Assembly (NCBI GenBank): GCA_034780895.1
Contig: JAUZTB010000001.1
Location: 65,772,407 to 65,836,406 of the forward strand
Length of the DNA stretch: 64,000 nt
Reading direction: 5' to 3'
Origin: Rhynchobatus australiae
Taxonomy: Eukaryota
The notes under the pieces were generated by a model, which searched no databases, had not been told where the DNA came from, and saw nothing but the letters and a program-made list of their open reading frames with translations. Made by a program: the position numbers and the translations under genes. This document shows positions 52,545-64,000 of this stretch, piece by piece (the first letter of the stretch is position 1; each line of letters begins with the position of its first letter).

Positions 52545-52860
52545 TGTGTTGTACTGTGGCAGACAGTCCAGAAATTCAGGTTTGACTCCAGGTATGTAAT
52601 GAGTTAGCTGATACAGCTGGAGAACAGTTCTGATGGATTAACTGGGCGAGACTAATAATAAAAAAATAATCAATTGGGTCTTCCAAATTTGTTTAAAAAA
52701 AAGGTTGCACATGTCAAGCTATCAAGTGAGATCAAGACTTGGCTCAGCCCTATCAACCCTGTAGATACATTTCAGCTCACAAGTGACCATCATCAGGATG
52801 AGGCATCAGAGGATGGCCAGTAGCTGTGGATACCTACAACAAAAGTTAAGTCTTTCAGCC
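52545..52860 (+). mobile_element. Ancient tRNA-derived SINE (LF-SINE-like)
   Basis: B-box-like caggtttgactcc followed by tgagttagctgatacag. Heavily diverged. Confidence 0.35.
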
Positions 52861-53280
52861 ATAAGGTGGTTGAGGGAGAGAAGCAAGTACAGAAATTGCT
52901 GTGGCACAGAAGGAGCCTTTCCCTCTTGATGACTCACCTGACCACCATATGACCATCAGTGCACCTGGAACCCACATTTTGGCTCCAGGATAATATCCAA
53001 AGCAACTAAAATTGATTTGAAAGCTTTGCATGGAAATCTACTGGGGACATCTATCTTTTGAAAATTGTTTTGTTTGAGCAGAGTTTGTTATTAAATCTGA
53101 TTGCTCGAAATAGCTGTTGTCTAGCCTCAGTTGACTTCTATTGAGACAGCTATTGTAGTCAGTTTAGTTAGTTTTAGAAGAATTCTACTGCATATANNNN
53201 NNNNNNNNNNNNNNNNNNNNNNNNNNNNNNNNNNNNNNNNNNNNNNNNNNNNNNNNNNNNNNNNNCCCCCCCCCCCCCCC

Positions 53281-54578
53281 AGATAATCTCAACCCATTGC
53301 AATTCGTCTGTCTACTGCTGAAACAGGTCTATGGCGGATGCCATCTCCCTGGCCCTGCACTCATCTCTGGAGCATCTGGACAGTAAAGACTCCTATATTA
53401 GACTATTGTTTATTGACTATAGGTCCACCTTCGATACTATAATTCCAAGCAAGCTCAACTACAAACTCCTTGACCTGGAACTTAACAACACCTCCCTTTG
53501 CAACTGGATCCTTCACTTCCTGATCAACAGACTGTAATCAGTAAGGATAGGCTGCAACACCTCCAGCATGATTATTCTCAACACTGGTGCCCCCAAGACC
53601 GCATCCTCAGCCCCTTACTTTACTCCCTATACACTCAACTGCGGCGATTGTGTGGCCAGATTCTGTTCTAACTCCATCTACAAGCTTGCAGATGACACCA
53701 CTGTAGTGGGCTGAATCTTGAATAAAGATGAGTTGGAATACAAGGGGGAGATAGAGAGCCTAGTGGCATGGTGTCGTGACAACAACTTTTCCTTCAATGT
53801 CAGCAAAACAAAAGAGCTGGCCATTAACTTCAGGAAGGCAGGCGGTGAACATGCTCCTGTTTACGTCAACAATACTGAGGTCGAGAGGGTTTAGAGCTTC
53901 AAGTTCCTAGGAGTAAACATCGCCAATAGCCTGACCTGTCCAACCATGTAGATACCATGGCTAAGAAAACACACCAGTGCCTCTACTTGCTCAGGAAGCA
54001 AAAGAAAGTTGGCATGTCCCCTTTGACCCACACCAATTTTTATACATGCACCAATGAAAGCATCCTATCCAGATGCATCACAACTTGGTATAGCAACTGC
54101 TTTGCCTGAGGCTGCAAGAAACAGCAGACAGTTGTGTTTGCAGTTCAGCACATAACAGAAGCCAGCTTCCACTCTCTGGACTCTATCTGCGCTTTACGTT
54201 GGCTGCTTTCCCAAGGCAGCGTTATCAAAGACCCCACCCAGTCCAGACATTCTCTCTTCTCCCCCCTCCCATTGGGTAGAAGATACAAAACCACCAGGCT
54301 CAAGGACAGCTTCTATCCTGCTGTTATAAGACTATTGAATGGTTCCCTAGTACAATAAGATGGACTTTTGACCTCACAATCTACCTCTTTATGACCTTGC
54401 ACTTTATTGTCTGCCTGCACTTTCTCTGCAACTATAGCACTTTATTCTGCTTTGTTATTATTTTCCCCTGTACGACCTCAATGCACAGATGTGATGAAAT
54501 GATCTGCATGGATGGCATGCAAAACAAAGTTTTTCACTGTACCTCAGTACATGTAACAATGATAAACTAATTTACCAA
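53281..54578 (+). mobile_element. Rex1/Babar LINE, 5'-truncated, decayed
   Basis: [46 protein letters not shown] and FKFLGV remnants. 3' end caaaacaaagtttttcactgtacctcagtacatgtaacaatgataaac. Confidence 0.9.
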
Positions 54579-55084
54579 TGACCCAGCTCATACCTTCAGC
54601 AAACATTTTTAAAGTTTAAAGATATCGAGGGAAGTGGAGCCAAAATCAGGCACCAAAGGGCAACTCACAGTAAAGGAAGGCCCAATGAGCTTTTCAGATA
54701 AGTGAAAGACACTGCCTAAAGTGTCAATGAACATCCGCTCCACCTACCATTTTGATTGAGACATATTTAGCCCATCAAATCAATGCTGGCTCCTCACAGG
54801 GTAATTCCATAAGTTCCACTCCTTCTCAGTTGCAGGAACCAGAGAGGAACCACATTCAGCCCAGGACTGCATGGGTTTCAGCCAGGGGCTTTGGTTTCCT
54901 CCCACATCACAAAGATGTGTCAATGTGTGGACCTGGACCCGAAACATCACTCCCCTCCAGCACTGTGACTTATCCTCCTTTACATCCCCCTAGCTCCCCT
55001 TTTGATTCTTTTGACACTAAGAGGTAATTTACAATGGTTGATTAATCTACCATCACATCTTTGGTATAAAAACAGAAAACAACA

Positions 55085-55228
55085 TTTAAAATGCACTTGG
55101 GACAGGTACATGGATAGGAAAGGTTGAGGAATATGGGGCAAATGCAGACAAATGGGATTAGCTTAGAATCTTGGTCAGCATGGACCAGTTGGGCAGAAGG
55201 GCCTGTTTCCGTGTTGTATGATTCAACT
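55085..55228 (+). mobile_element. CR1 3' tail
   Basis: ggtcagcatggaccagttgggcagaagggcctgtttccgtgttgtatga. Confidence 0.8.
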
Positions 55229-58200
55229 TCCAATGATAAGAGGCATGGATTGAGNNNNNNNNNNNNNNNNNNNNNNNNNNNNNNNNNNNNNNNNNNNNNN
55301 NNNNNNNNNNNNNNNNNNNNNNNNNNNNNNNNNNNNNNNNNNNNNNNNNNNNNNCACTGTACCTTGGTATATGTGACAACAGTGAACCAATTTACCTATA
55401 TTACCATAGCACATGTGAATAGAGATTTTATAGATCAGATTTTGCCATTTTAACATTTTCTTTTAGCTCCTTTTGAAGACCCCCGCCTGCCTTTAGGCAG
55501 CTGTTAGGTGCTTGACAAATCCCTAGACAGCTCTCCTTTCCTGTTCCCTTTCATTTCATTATGAAGAAGTGCTGCTTTGCTGACTTAGCCATGATTAGAA
55601 ACACATCAGAAGAGAATTTTTCCCTATCTTTAACACAAGGGCATCCAGTCAGGAATCCCAGAGTTTTTGGTGAAAAGTCAGCTGGCTGAGGCATTAGCAT
55701 TCTTCTTCCTTTCATAGATGATGTTTGATTTGTGAGTAACACCAGAATTTACGTGTTTATATCACAGCTTTCACTACTTTCAGCATTCTCAGTGAGCAAG
55801 CATTGTTACCTATCCCTCCTCATCTTCACCAGCCTCCTTAATGGAAATGGTCTAAGCCAGTATTGATTTCCCTAACCTTGCCCCACTGTTAAAGCTAGCT
55901 GAGCTGATGATAGGACCACATGTTGGGGGAGCAGGAATTTGTTAAGTGACTAGGGTAAATGGATTAAGGCAAGTTTTATATTAGGGGTAAATGTTTTGGT
56001 TAGAAAACTGGATTAGTCATTTCCAGAGACTCTAATTGTTAGCACAGCAGGATTTGAGCATTTGTGTTTCAATTTTCCTGACGAACTGATTTTAAGTTTT
56101 CCAAACTATACCATTGTCTGAAATTAAATTTAAACAAGAAGTAAATTAGGTTAGATTTAGACAGTGCAATTAGCTGTGTGATTGCACCAGCTGTTTGACT
56201 AAACACTTGCAGACAGCTGGTTGTTATGCTTGGAAGGGGGTCTATGGCTGGAGTTCTGCTCCAGAATTTAGCTAATTTTAGAATAAGCTGTCATTCTTGA
56301 AGCAGTTAGACACCATCATCCATCATGTTGACTGATTTAGGTGCCTTGGACTTGTACAACACTAGACCTGGCTCAGAAGTCAGCTCCAGGATGCTGTAAG
56401 CTTATCTTTGCAGCAAACTTTTCCCCCCATTTACTCTATGAACGGTACGCAAGACAAGTTTTTCACTGTACCACAGTGACAATAATATTCCGATTCCAGT
56501 TCTTTGTTTTTGACTCTCTTAAATTCAGGAAGGAGTAGGGTGGATCCCCTAGTGGATTAGTAAATAAGGATGATTGTTGATTTATGTTCAGGTTATTTGA
56601 TCTCAACTAGATGACTATAGAGCTGCTAAAATGGGCATTGACTTCCTTGTACTTTGTCTATTGACTTTGGTAAGGAGGGACATGGAAGCCCAATGAAGAG
56701 AGGAACAAGATCAGTTGTATTGCACCCATAATCAAGGAGTATGCCAACACATAACAAATACTTCTGCAAGGTATTAAAAAATGATTGCCCATTAAAATCG
56801 ATCCATCATGAAACAGTTGACTCAGAGGAAAAGGGGAGAAACTTACCAAACAAATCTGAGGTTCTGTAGGTTGTGGTCTCTTTCCACAGTCAAATTCTTT
56901 GAACTGGAAAAAAGTTTTAAACTGAAGTCCCTATGATTCAACTGTGTGAACAGAAAATCTGAAATACAAATTTTAAATAGTAATATAAATGACATGGGCT
57001 TCTGTTTTGTGAATATTTTTAAATGATGAAATTGTATTCTTCTCTTGCTACCAAGTCTTTCTTGTGTCCTCTCTGCACTTTGCTAGTTCTCCTCAGGGCA
57101 ACTGGTGATGCCTCTGCCTGGTTGTCCTTGCCAGAGTTCTACCTCAAGGGATGAGAGACCCCCACCTTTAATCCTAACATAAGACAACCTAATCAATGAC
57201 AGGTAGTCAGAGAAACCCCCTTTGCACTTTTTTCCAAACTCCAGGGAGGATAGGCTAGCATAGTAAACACTTCAAAGGTTACAAAAAGGATACATAGAAA
57301 TTATCCTAGTGTTCTGATTATGGTTAAATTGTCTTACCTTATCTCTTTGGTGCCTGAAACTTGTTGACAAATCTCATTTATTCTCCTTTGAGAGTTGAGA
57401 TTGGACTCCTAAGAGACTTCTGGTCTCAAGCAAAATGCGCAGAAGTTAATAGTATACAATGTCAACATACAAAATTTGCATTATGCTACAAACTGCCTGC
57501 AGCTGCTGTGTCTTAGTGTCTAACTGGCATGTGATGAATGATTGTCAATAGTTGTTTAAAAAAAATTAAAAAGTGGGGAGATTTGATTATTTCTATATGA
57601 GTGACAGTGTTAGTGTAGCAATCTGTTGCTGAGGTTTTTATTGTTCTTTGCTCAACTGGTTCTCAGGTAAGAGCTTGGGTCATGTCATCACGTTAGCGGA
57701 GCAGTCTTTTGTGGCCTGGGATTATTCATTTTGAATGGTATATCCCTGAATTATCCCAGCTGTTGCTGTCGGTCATGCATAACAAAGCTGCTTTGAGCCA
57801 AAGCTCTGTCATTATACCTTTCTATGCCATACTGGAATATGCAGGTAAGCCTATGCTGTGTGCTGTAAAAGATGGTTTACATGAAATAAGAATGATGGCA
57901 AATTAAACTGTTTATTTTTAATATCTCATTTTTATTACACATTTGAAAGACATTTTAAAAAAGAATCAGATAATATAAATATAACAGCTTTTTTTATCTT
58001 GAATATGTATAATTTGGTTAATAGCAATGCAATTTGTTCCCTTGAGGTATTGGTAGAACAAAAGAAAGCACTTTTGCAAAATTTCTGCTGAATAAGTATT
58101 TTGTTTCCCAATATATTTTGTTCTATAAGCAGGGGAAAGCCTAGAATAAATGTATTAACTATTTGGGAGAGAGTCTGCTGTTCTTCTGTCATCCCATTCA

Positions 58201-58372
58201 AATTCCTGTCTGATGCTGCAAGATTTGGGGATGTTGATTAAAAAGACTTGTAACACAGTTATGGCTGGTCACAGGAAGTTGCTTTCCCATTTGTTGTCAA
58301 TTTGTAAGGTGTATTCTGCAAGGAAATTATTGTGAATTGATTTGTCTTAATTTGTTTACTCTGTATTTGCAG

Positions 58373-58450
58373 GAGGAGCAGGCTGCCAGACAGAAAGCAG
58401 AAAAAATCAGGGTGGCATTGGAGAAGATCAAAGAGGCACAAGTCAAAAAG
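58373..58450 (+). CDS. RAPH1: RAPH1 coiled-coil exon (EEQAARQKAEKIRVALEKIKEAQVKK)
   Basis: tatttgcAG acceptor, 78 nt, AAG|GTAAGG donor. Conserved MRL helix preceding the RA domain. Confidence 0.96.
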
Positions 58451-59469
58451 GTAAGGGTAGGTAAAGAGCAATGAAAACATTACTGGTTCTAAAGTATGAA
58501 ACAAAGACAATCTCGAAAAGATTCAGCAGGTCATTCAGCACTGGCAGAGAAATATTTAACAATGGTTCTTCTCACAGACACTGTAAAAATAATTTGGGGA
58601 GACTTGTCTGAAGTTACTATCGTGATTACTAGACCCTCTGATTGTGTTTTGGGATTTTGATTTTAGGAAGTGAATTTGAATTAAAATTGAAAATGTAGAA
58701 ATAAAAATGATATCAGAAGATGAAAAAAAACAGTTGGATTATCATAAAAATCCCATTGGTTCATTTGTCCTTTATGAAGGAAATCCACCATCCTAATGCA
58801 ATTTTGTCCACATATAACTTCAGTTACATGCCAATGTAGTTGGCTCTTAACTGCTTTAAGTGGCCTTGAAAGCCACTCAGTCTGCAATCATCATTTTTTC
58901 AGGACAGGAATGAAAAAGAATTATAATCTCCCATCCAGATCTTTTACCAAGGTTTTTAAATCTTTGNNNNNNAGGGTATTGAACTTTCAGCGAAGGGAAT
59001 AGTTACTTCTCTTCGCATCAGAAAAAATACTTTTTCTGGGGGAAGAAAAGCTACTAATGAGGTAAGTTACTACACTAGCAATCAGGGCCTGGAGTGATAA
59101 TGCAGGGACAGGAGCTCAAAATCTACTATGGCAGCTGAACCATTCAATGAATTTAATTAACAGGGTCTGGAATTAAAAGTTAGATTTTAGGCTGTACCTC
59201 AAGATCAAGGATGATTTCCTTCCATTGGTGCTCTGAGAGGACTAATGAGGTCAATATGAGATCCCCAGGCTCCACCTCAGGTGGGCCAAGGGTTACTTGG
59301 TAGGCTGGCTGGGTGGATATATAAGGTAGTGCTCTCCTTCTGCCATTTTTTCTGGTCTGCTGTGTGCTCCTGGCATACTTGAGGTTCTCATTGCCAGTCT
59401 GAATGCTCCTTCTCCTCAGTGGGGATCTTGTATTTATTGAAAAGACTTTGAGACCACTTTGTAATATTT

Positions 59470-60360
59470 CATTTTTAATATAAATGATTTGGATAAAAAT
59501 GTAGGTGGTCTGATTAGTTCGTTTGCAGATGACAAAAAAATTGGTAGAGTTGTGGCTAGTGAGGAAGGTTGTCAAAGGATACAGCAGGATATAGATCAGT
59601 TGGAAATGTGGGCAGAAATGGCAGATGGAATTTAATCTGGAGAAGTGTGAGGTTTTGGGAGGTCAAATGCAAGAGTAAAGTATACAGTAAATGGCACAAC
59701 CCTGAGGACCATTGATATACAGAGGGATCTTGGAATGCAACTCCATTGCTCGCTGAAAGTGGCAACACAGGTGAATAAAGAGTTAAAGAAGGCATATGGC
59801 ATGCATGTCTTCATTAGTCAAGCTATTAAGTATAAAAGTTACAAAATCATGTTGCAGCTGTATCAAACTTTGGTGAGGCTGCATTTGGGGTGCTGTGTAC
59901 CGTTCAGTCAGAAGCATATGGAGGCTTTGGAGAGGTTCACTAGGTTGTTGCTTGGACGAGAGAATATTAACTATAAGGAGAAGCTGAACAAACTTGGAGC
60001 ATCAGAGTTTGAGGGGCAACCTGATGGAAGTACATAGAATTATGTTGAGGCATAGATAGTCTTTTTCCCAGGATGGAAATGTCAAATACTAAAGGATGTG
60101 AATTTTAAGGTGAGAGGGGGAAAGTTTAAAGGAGATTTGCAAGGCAATTTTTTTTACATTGTGTAGTAGGTGCCTGAACTGCATTGCCAGTGGAGGTGGT
60201 GGAAGCAGATACAATAGCAACACTTAACAGGCATTTATGTAGACACATGAACACGTGAGAGGAATATATAATGTGCAGGGAGATGGGATTAGTTTGATTT
60301 GGTATCATGGTTGGTGTAGTCATGATGGGCCTGTTCCTGTGCTGTACTTTTCTGTTTCTA
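59470..60360 (+). mobile_element. CR1 LINE RT to 3' tail, decayed
   Basis: FADD, QQDIDQLE and MLQLYQTLVRLHL remnants. Tail gggcctgttcctgtgctgtac. Confidence 0.9.
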
Positions 60361-60389
60361 ATGTCCATAAGGTTACAAAGTTTGCTGTT

Positions 60390-60835
60390 CTTTCTTTCTT
60401 TTTCAATCTTTTTTATTAGTTTTCAAATCAATACAAATTGGTATATGGCATCAAAATTCATGCATGTGCTATAAAGAGNNNNNNNNNNNNNNNNNNNNNN
60501 NNNNNNNNNNNNNNNNNNNNNNNNNNNNNNNNNNNNNNNNNNNNNNNNNNNNNNNNNNNNNNNNNNNNNNNNNNNNNNAAATTAAATTTTTGAAGTGTAG
60601 TAAATAGATATTCCCATTCGACTCTGTCAAATGCCTTTTCAGCATCTAGTGAAACGACATTCTGGAATTTGGGATGAAGGAGTATATATAATATTCATCA
60701 ATCTCCTGATATTAAAATGTAAGTAACGATTCTGAATAAATCCTGTCTGGTCTTCAGAGATGATTTGTGGGAGAACTCTTTCCAGTCTAAAGGCCAATAT
60801 TTTAGAGAATATTTTTGAGTCTACATTTAATAAAG
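60390..60835 (-). mobile_element. L1-clade LINE RT fragment (across a gap)
   Basis: Minus-strand KIFSKILAFRLERVLPQIISEDQTGFIQNR...NIRRL and [19 protein letters not shown]-rich 3' end with a minus-strand aataaa lies before the gap. Confidence 0.85.
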
Positions 60836-61134
60836 AAATAGGTCATTAAGAAGCACAATCAGTGGGATCTTTATCCTTTTTAAAAATTAAAAAAATAGTT
60901 GCTTCATAAAAAGATTGTGGTAATTTACCCACTGATAAGTCTGTTGTTCTCACTGGTGTAGTCTTGATGGTTCAGTCTTAAATGGTTTAGCGAGCTGCTT
61001 CGTTCAAGTTAGATTAGGGTTGGACGTTAAATGCCAATCAGCACCAAATATTTTGTTCTGAGAAGAACAATTGAGTATGGGGGTGATGAGGGGATTGGTA
61101 GTGAGAATGAGAAACCAGGGGATGACATGATGCT

Positions 61135-61440
61135 TCAGAAACAGGTTTATTATCACTGACATATGTCTTGAAATTTGTTGTTTTACAGTGCAAGACATAA
61201 AAATCACCACGAGTCACAAAAATAAATAAATAAATAATGTGAGGGGGGAATAACAAGGTAGTGTTCATGGGTTCATGGACCATTCAGAAATCTGATGATG
61301 GAGGGGAAGAAGCTGTTCCTAAAAGGTTGAATGTGGGTCTTCGGGCTCTTGTACCTCCTCCCCAATGGTAGTAATGTGAAGAGGGCATGTCCCAGGTGGT
61401 GAGGATCCTGAATTATGGATGCTGCCTTCTTGAGCACCAT
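61135..61440 (-). mobile_element. Rex1/Babar LINE 3' end
   Basis: ggtttattatcactgacat...gaagaagctgttcct...ttgtacctcctccccaatggtag...gatgctgcc. Confidence 0.8.
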
Positions 61441-62040
61441 CAAAAATGCTTTCCTTGGATGTGTCAGTCTGCATTAATATTATCTGGTCAGATCACTACT
61501 CCTTTTTAATGTAATAGGTTGATAGACCCATTCAGGTGCTGAGTATACCAGATTTAACATTCGTGACATTCTACATTAAAAACTGTTTTTGGTCACTGAA
61601 ATATTAAATATCACACCTGGATGTAATTGGGTACTTTATAGTACTGTTTGTTTTGCTTGGAAATTTGTTAGCCAATAAATCCACAGAGTAGCATAAGCTG
61701 GTACATTACTGGCAATCTGAGAAAAAAAGCTCTTGTAAATTTGAAGGCATGAAGTATAACCACACTTACTGGGGAATCAACTTGAGGTTTTGTCATTCTT
61801 TTTTCATTTCACTAAACATAGTAACATGATTTGTCATATTGTTTATATATTGAAAATGGAAATGATCAGAAATTAAGCTGTTGCTCTGAAAGTAAGGTAC
61901 ATTGCAAAGTAATTTGCAGTATGATTACCATTTTAAGCTGACATTTTTTCTTGAGGGAACTCTTCAATTATGTTGATATTTGGAGGTAATGAAGTAAAAG
62001 TTGTAACTTTGTGATTAACTATTTAATTTCATTCTTGCAG

Positions 62041-62200
62041 CTGGTGATACGGGTCCACATGTCTGATGAGAGCTCCAAAACTATGATGGTTGATGAAAGG
62101 CAAACAGTCAGGCAGGTGCTAGACAACCTCATGGATAAGTCACACTGTGGATTCAGCTCAGATTGGTCATTGGTTGAAACAATTCCTGAACTTCAAATGG
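62041..62200 (+). CDS. RAPH1: RAPH1 Ras-association domain, first exon (LVIRVHMSDESSKTMMVDERQ...ELQM)
   Basis: ttcttgcAG acceptor, 160 nt, G|GTGAGT donor. RA-domain sequence of the MRL family. The gene continues beyond the window. Confidence 0.97.
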
Positions 62201-64000
62201 GTGAGTTAATGGTGTTCAGTGACCAATTGTTCAAGGATATAGTTCAACACTCCAATAAGTTAAAGGCTGATCACTTTCCTCAAGTCTACATACTCATCTG
62301 ATCGTCATGTCTCTCAATATTCAAAGTGTCATCCAAATCATGAATGACTGACCTTGATTGACTTAGTTCTAGATAGTCCAGCCAGAATAAAGAGTCTCTT
62401 GGCCTTTACCTTGTCAATCCCTCTCAGGATCTGTTATATTGATGACCCTTCTAAGAATCTACATTGGTACCTCACTTAGTGCTCAGGATGCATTGCCAGG
62501 AATGAGAGCTCTAATGGAATCAGCACATGAAGGGGTCTATGTAGCACTCTGGATGTAGGGACGCAGTACTAACTGTGCTACTGGGTCAGTATGAACCTCA
62601 GCCTTCCTCGCTGCTGAGGTGGAAATGTGGGTGTTGAGAACCTGGAGCAAACTCCTGCCCTCTGTTGCTGTGTGGGGAATCTGGTACAAATAGTCACTCA
62701 TTGCACGTTGTGGAGGAGCTGCCTATGGGCACTAGTGTTTGGTGAATGACATGGCCGCTCAGAGCTGAGATGTAGGCTTTTGCTGGTAAATGGCAACGTC
62801 TGCCTTGTTATTAGCCCGTTCAGATCCTGCAGTCTCTCATCATCATTTGCTGGAAATGATGGAAGCTACTGCTGACCCCACTATTCCTGCACAGCTTACT
62901 GCAGCCCAGATATTTCTCTGGTAACCAGATCAACAGTGATCACTGGCCTTTGAGCTTTTGCAGCCAAACAAGCAGAAGAGGAAATAGCTTCCATTACATC
63001 CAGCAGGAGGTGAATGGTGTGATTGTCGGATCTGGGCAATCTGTCAACATGTGAAGCAAGTGCTGCCAGTCCCTAGCAATGGCTTTCATTCACTGTGTTG
63101 GCCAGGATGCAGACCTGAGGCCCACATCTTAGTAATGAACGACTAAACAACTCACCCTGGACAGCCCTCACAGACAGACTCTTCATACTGAGCAGTTCAT
63201 TGCTGTGAGTATCTAAGTACATGGATCGGAGGACCAAGAGCCTTTTAACAGAATCAGTACCCTGTGGGCAGTGCCAAGTGGGGTACTTGTGTAATCTTTT
63301 TCACAATAGACTGATTTAAACTGATAGTTCTATATCAGTGAATATTGGTTCATCTGTGCACCTGTTTCACAGGACATCCCCTGATGACATATTTTTGTGT
63401 GATAGAAATTAACTTTATAGTTTCTGGGTAGGTGTATTTGAAAATTTTATCTTGTACCTGCTACCTATGAAATATAATCATTTAACAATTTCAAATCAAC
63501 TGTACCTGCTTTAAACTGTTACCAATCATCCTTATCACATATCTACCAATGTGCAGCAAGAATTATACTTAAATCAATATATTTTACTGTTGCATGAGTC
63601 TCTTATTCATTAATTTAAATTGCTACTATCACTATTGACTTAACTATAATACACCCAACCTAACAATGCCCTTTTCATACAAATCCATGCAGTAAATTTA
63701 TATTATTATGGGAACATTAAGATCTACAATTGTGCTAGGTGTTTTTCCTCAAAATGAAGTGACAGGACATGAGAATTCCACATCACCTGCCATTATTTAG
63801 TACTGAAATCCTAGTGACGGCACACCCTATGTATACTGTTTAATTTTATAACAAACATTGAGTACATTGAGAGTTGTAATGATTAGTCAGATCTCAGCAG
63901 GGCTGCCCAAATATGCTCTCCAGCTCTTAATTTTGCTACATGACTCCCAAAACCTTTCTAAATGACAATTTAGTGAAATCTCAGTTTAAATCAGCACATT

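Noticed and set aside
1-64000. Prokaryote-type systems (CRISPR arrays, operons), tRNA/rRNA genes or an intact autonomous TE
   Set aside because: None seen. The tRNA-like boxes belong to SINEs, and all TE coding remnants are fragmentary or carry stops and frameshifts.

Overview
AT-rich, repeat-dense vertebrate genomic DNA from a gapped draft assembly. The repeat set (V-SINE/HE1-like SINEs, Deu-domain SINEs, abundant CR1, Rex1/Babar) points to a cartilaginous fish. The window holds the 5' part of RAPH1 (lamellipodin, MRL family) on the + strand. Four constitutive coding exons are visible: 24723-24842, 31221-31768, 58373-58450 and 62041-62200. Two small in-frame cassette exons (42213-42290, 51357-51431) match my recollection of the human RAPH1/RMO1 isoform inserts and are flanked by UGCAUG motifs. 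One exon required by reading-frame phase is not visible and probably lies in an N gap. The rest is intronic and contains decayed CR1, RTE-BovB, RTE-X, Tx1, L1, Rex1, Tigger-like, Harbinger and Penelope-like relics. Almost all ORF-track entries are spurious. I see no evidence of a new multi-gene system; the best leads concern splicing and TE biology. Repeat boundaries are approximate, and family calls come from recognised motifs, not database searches.
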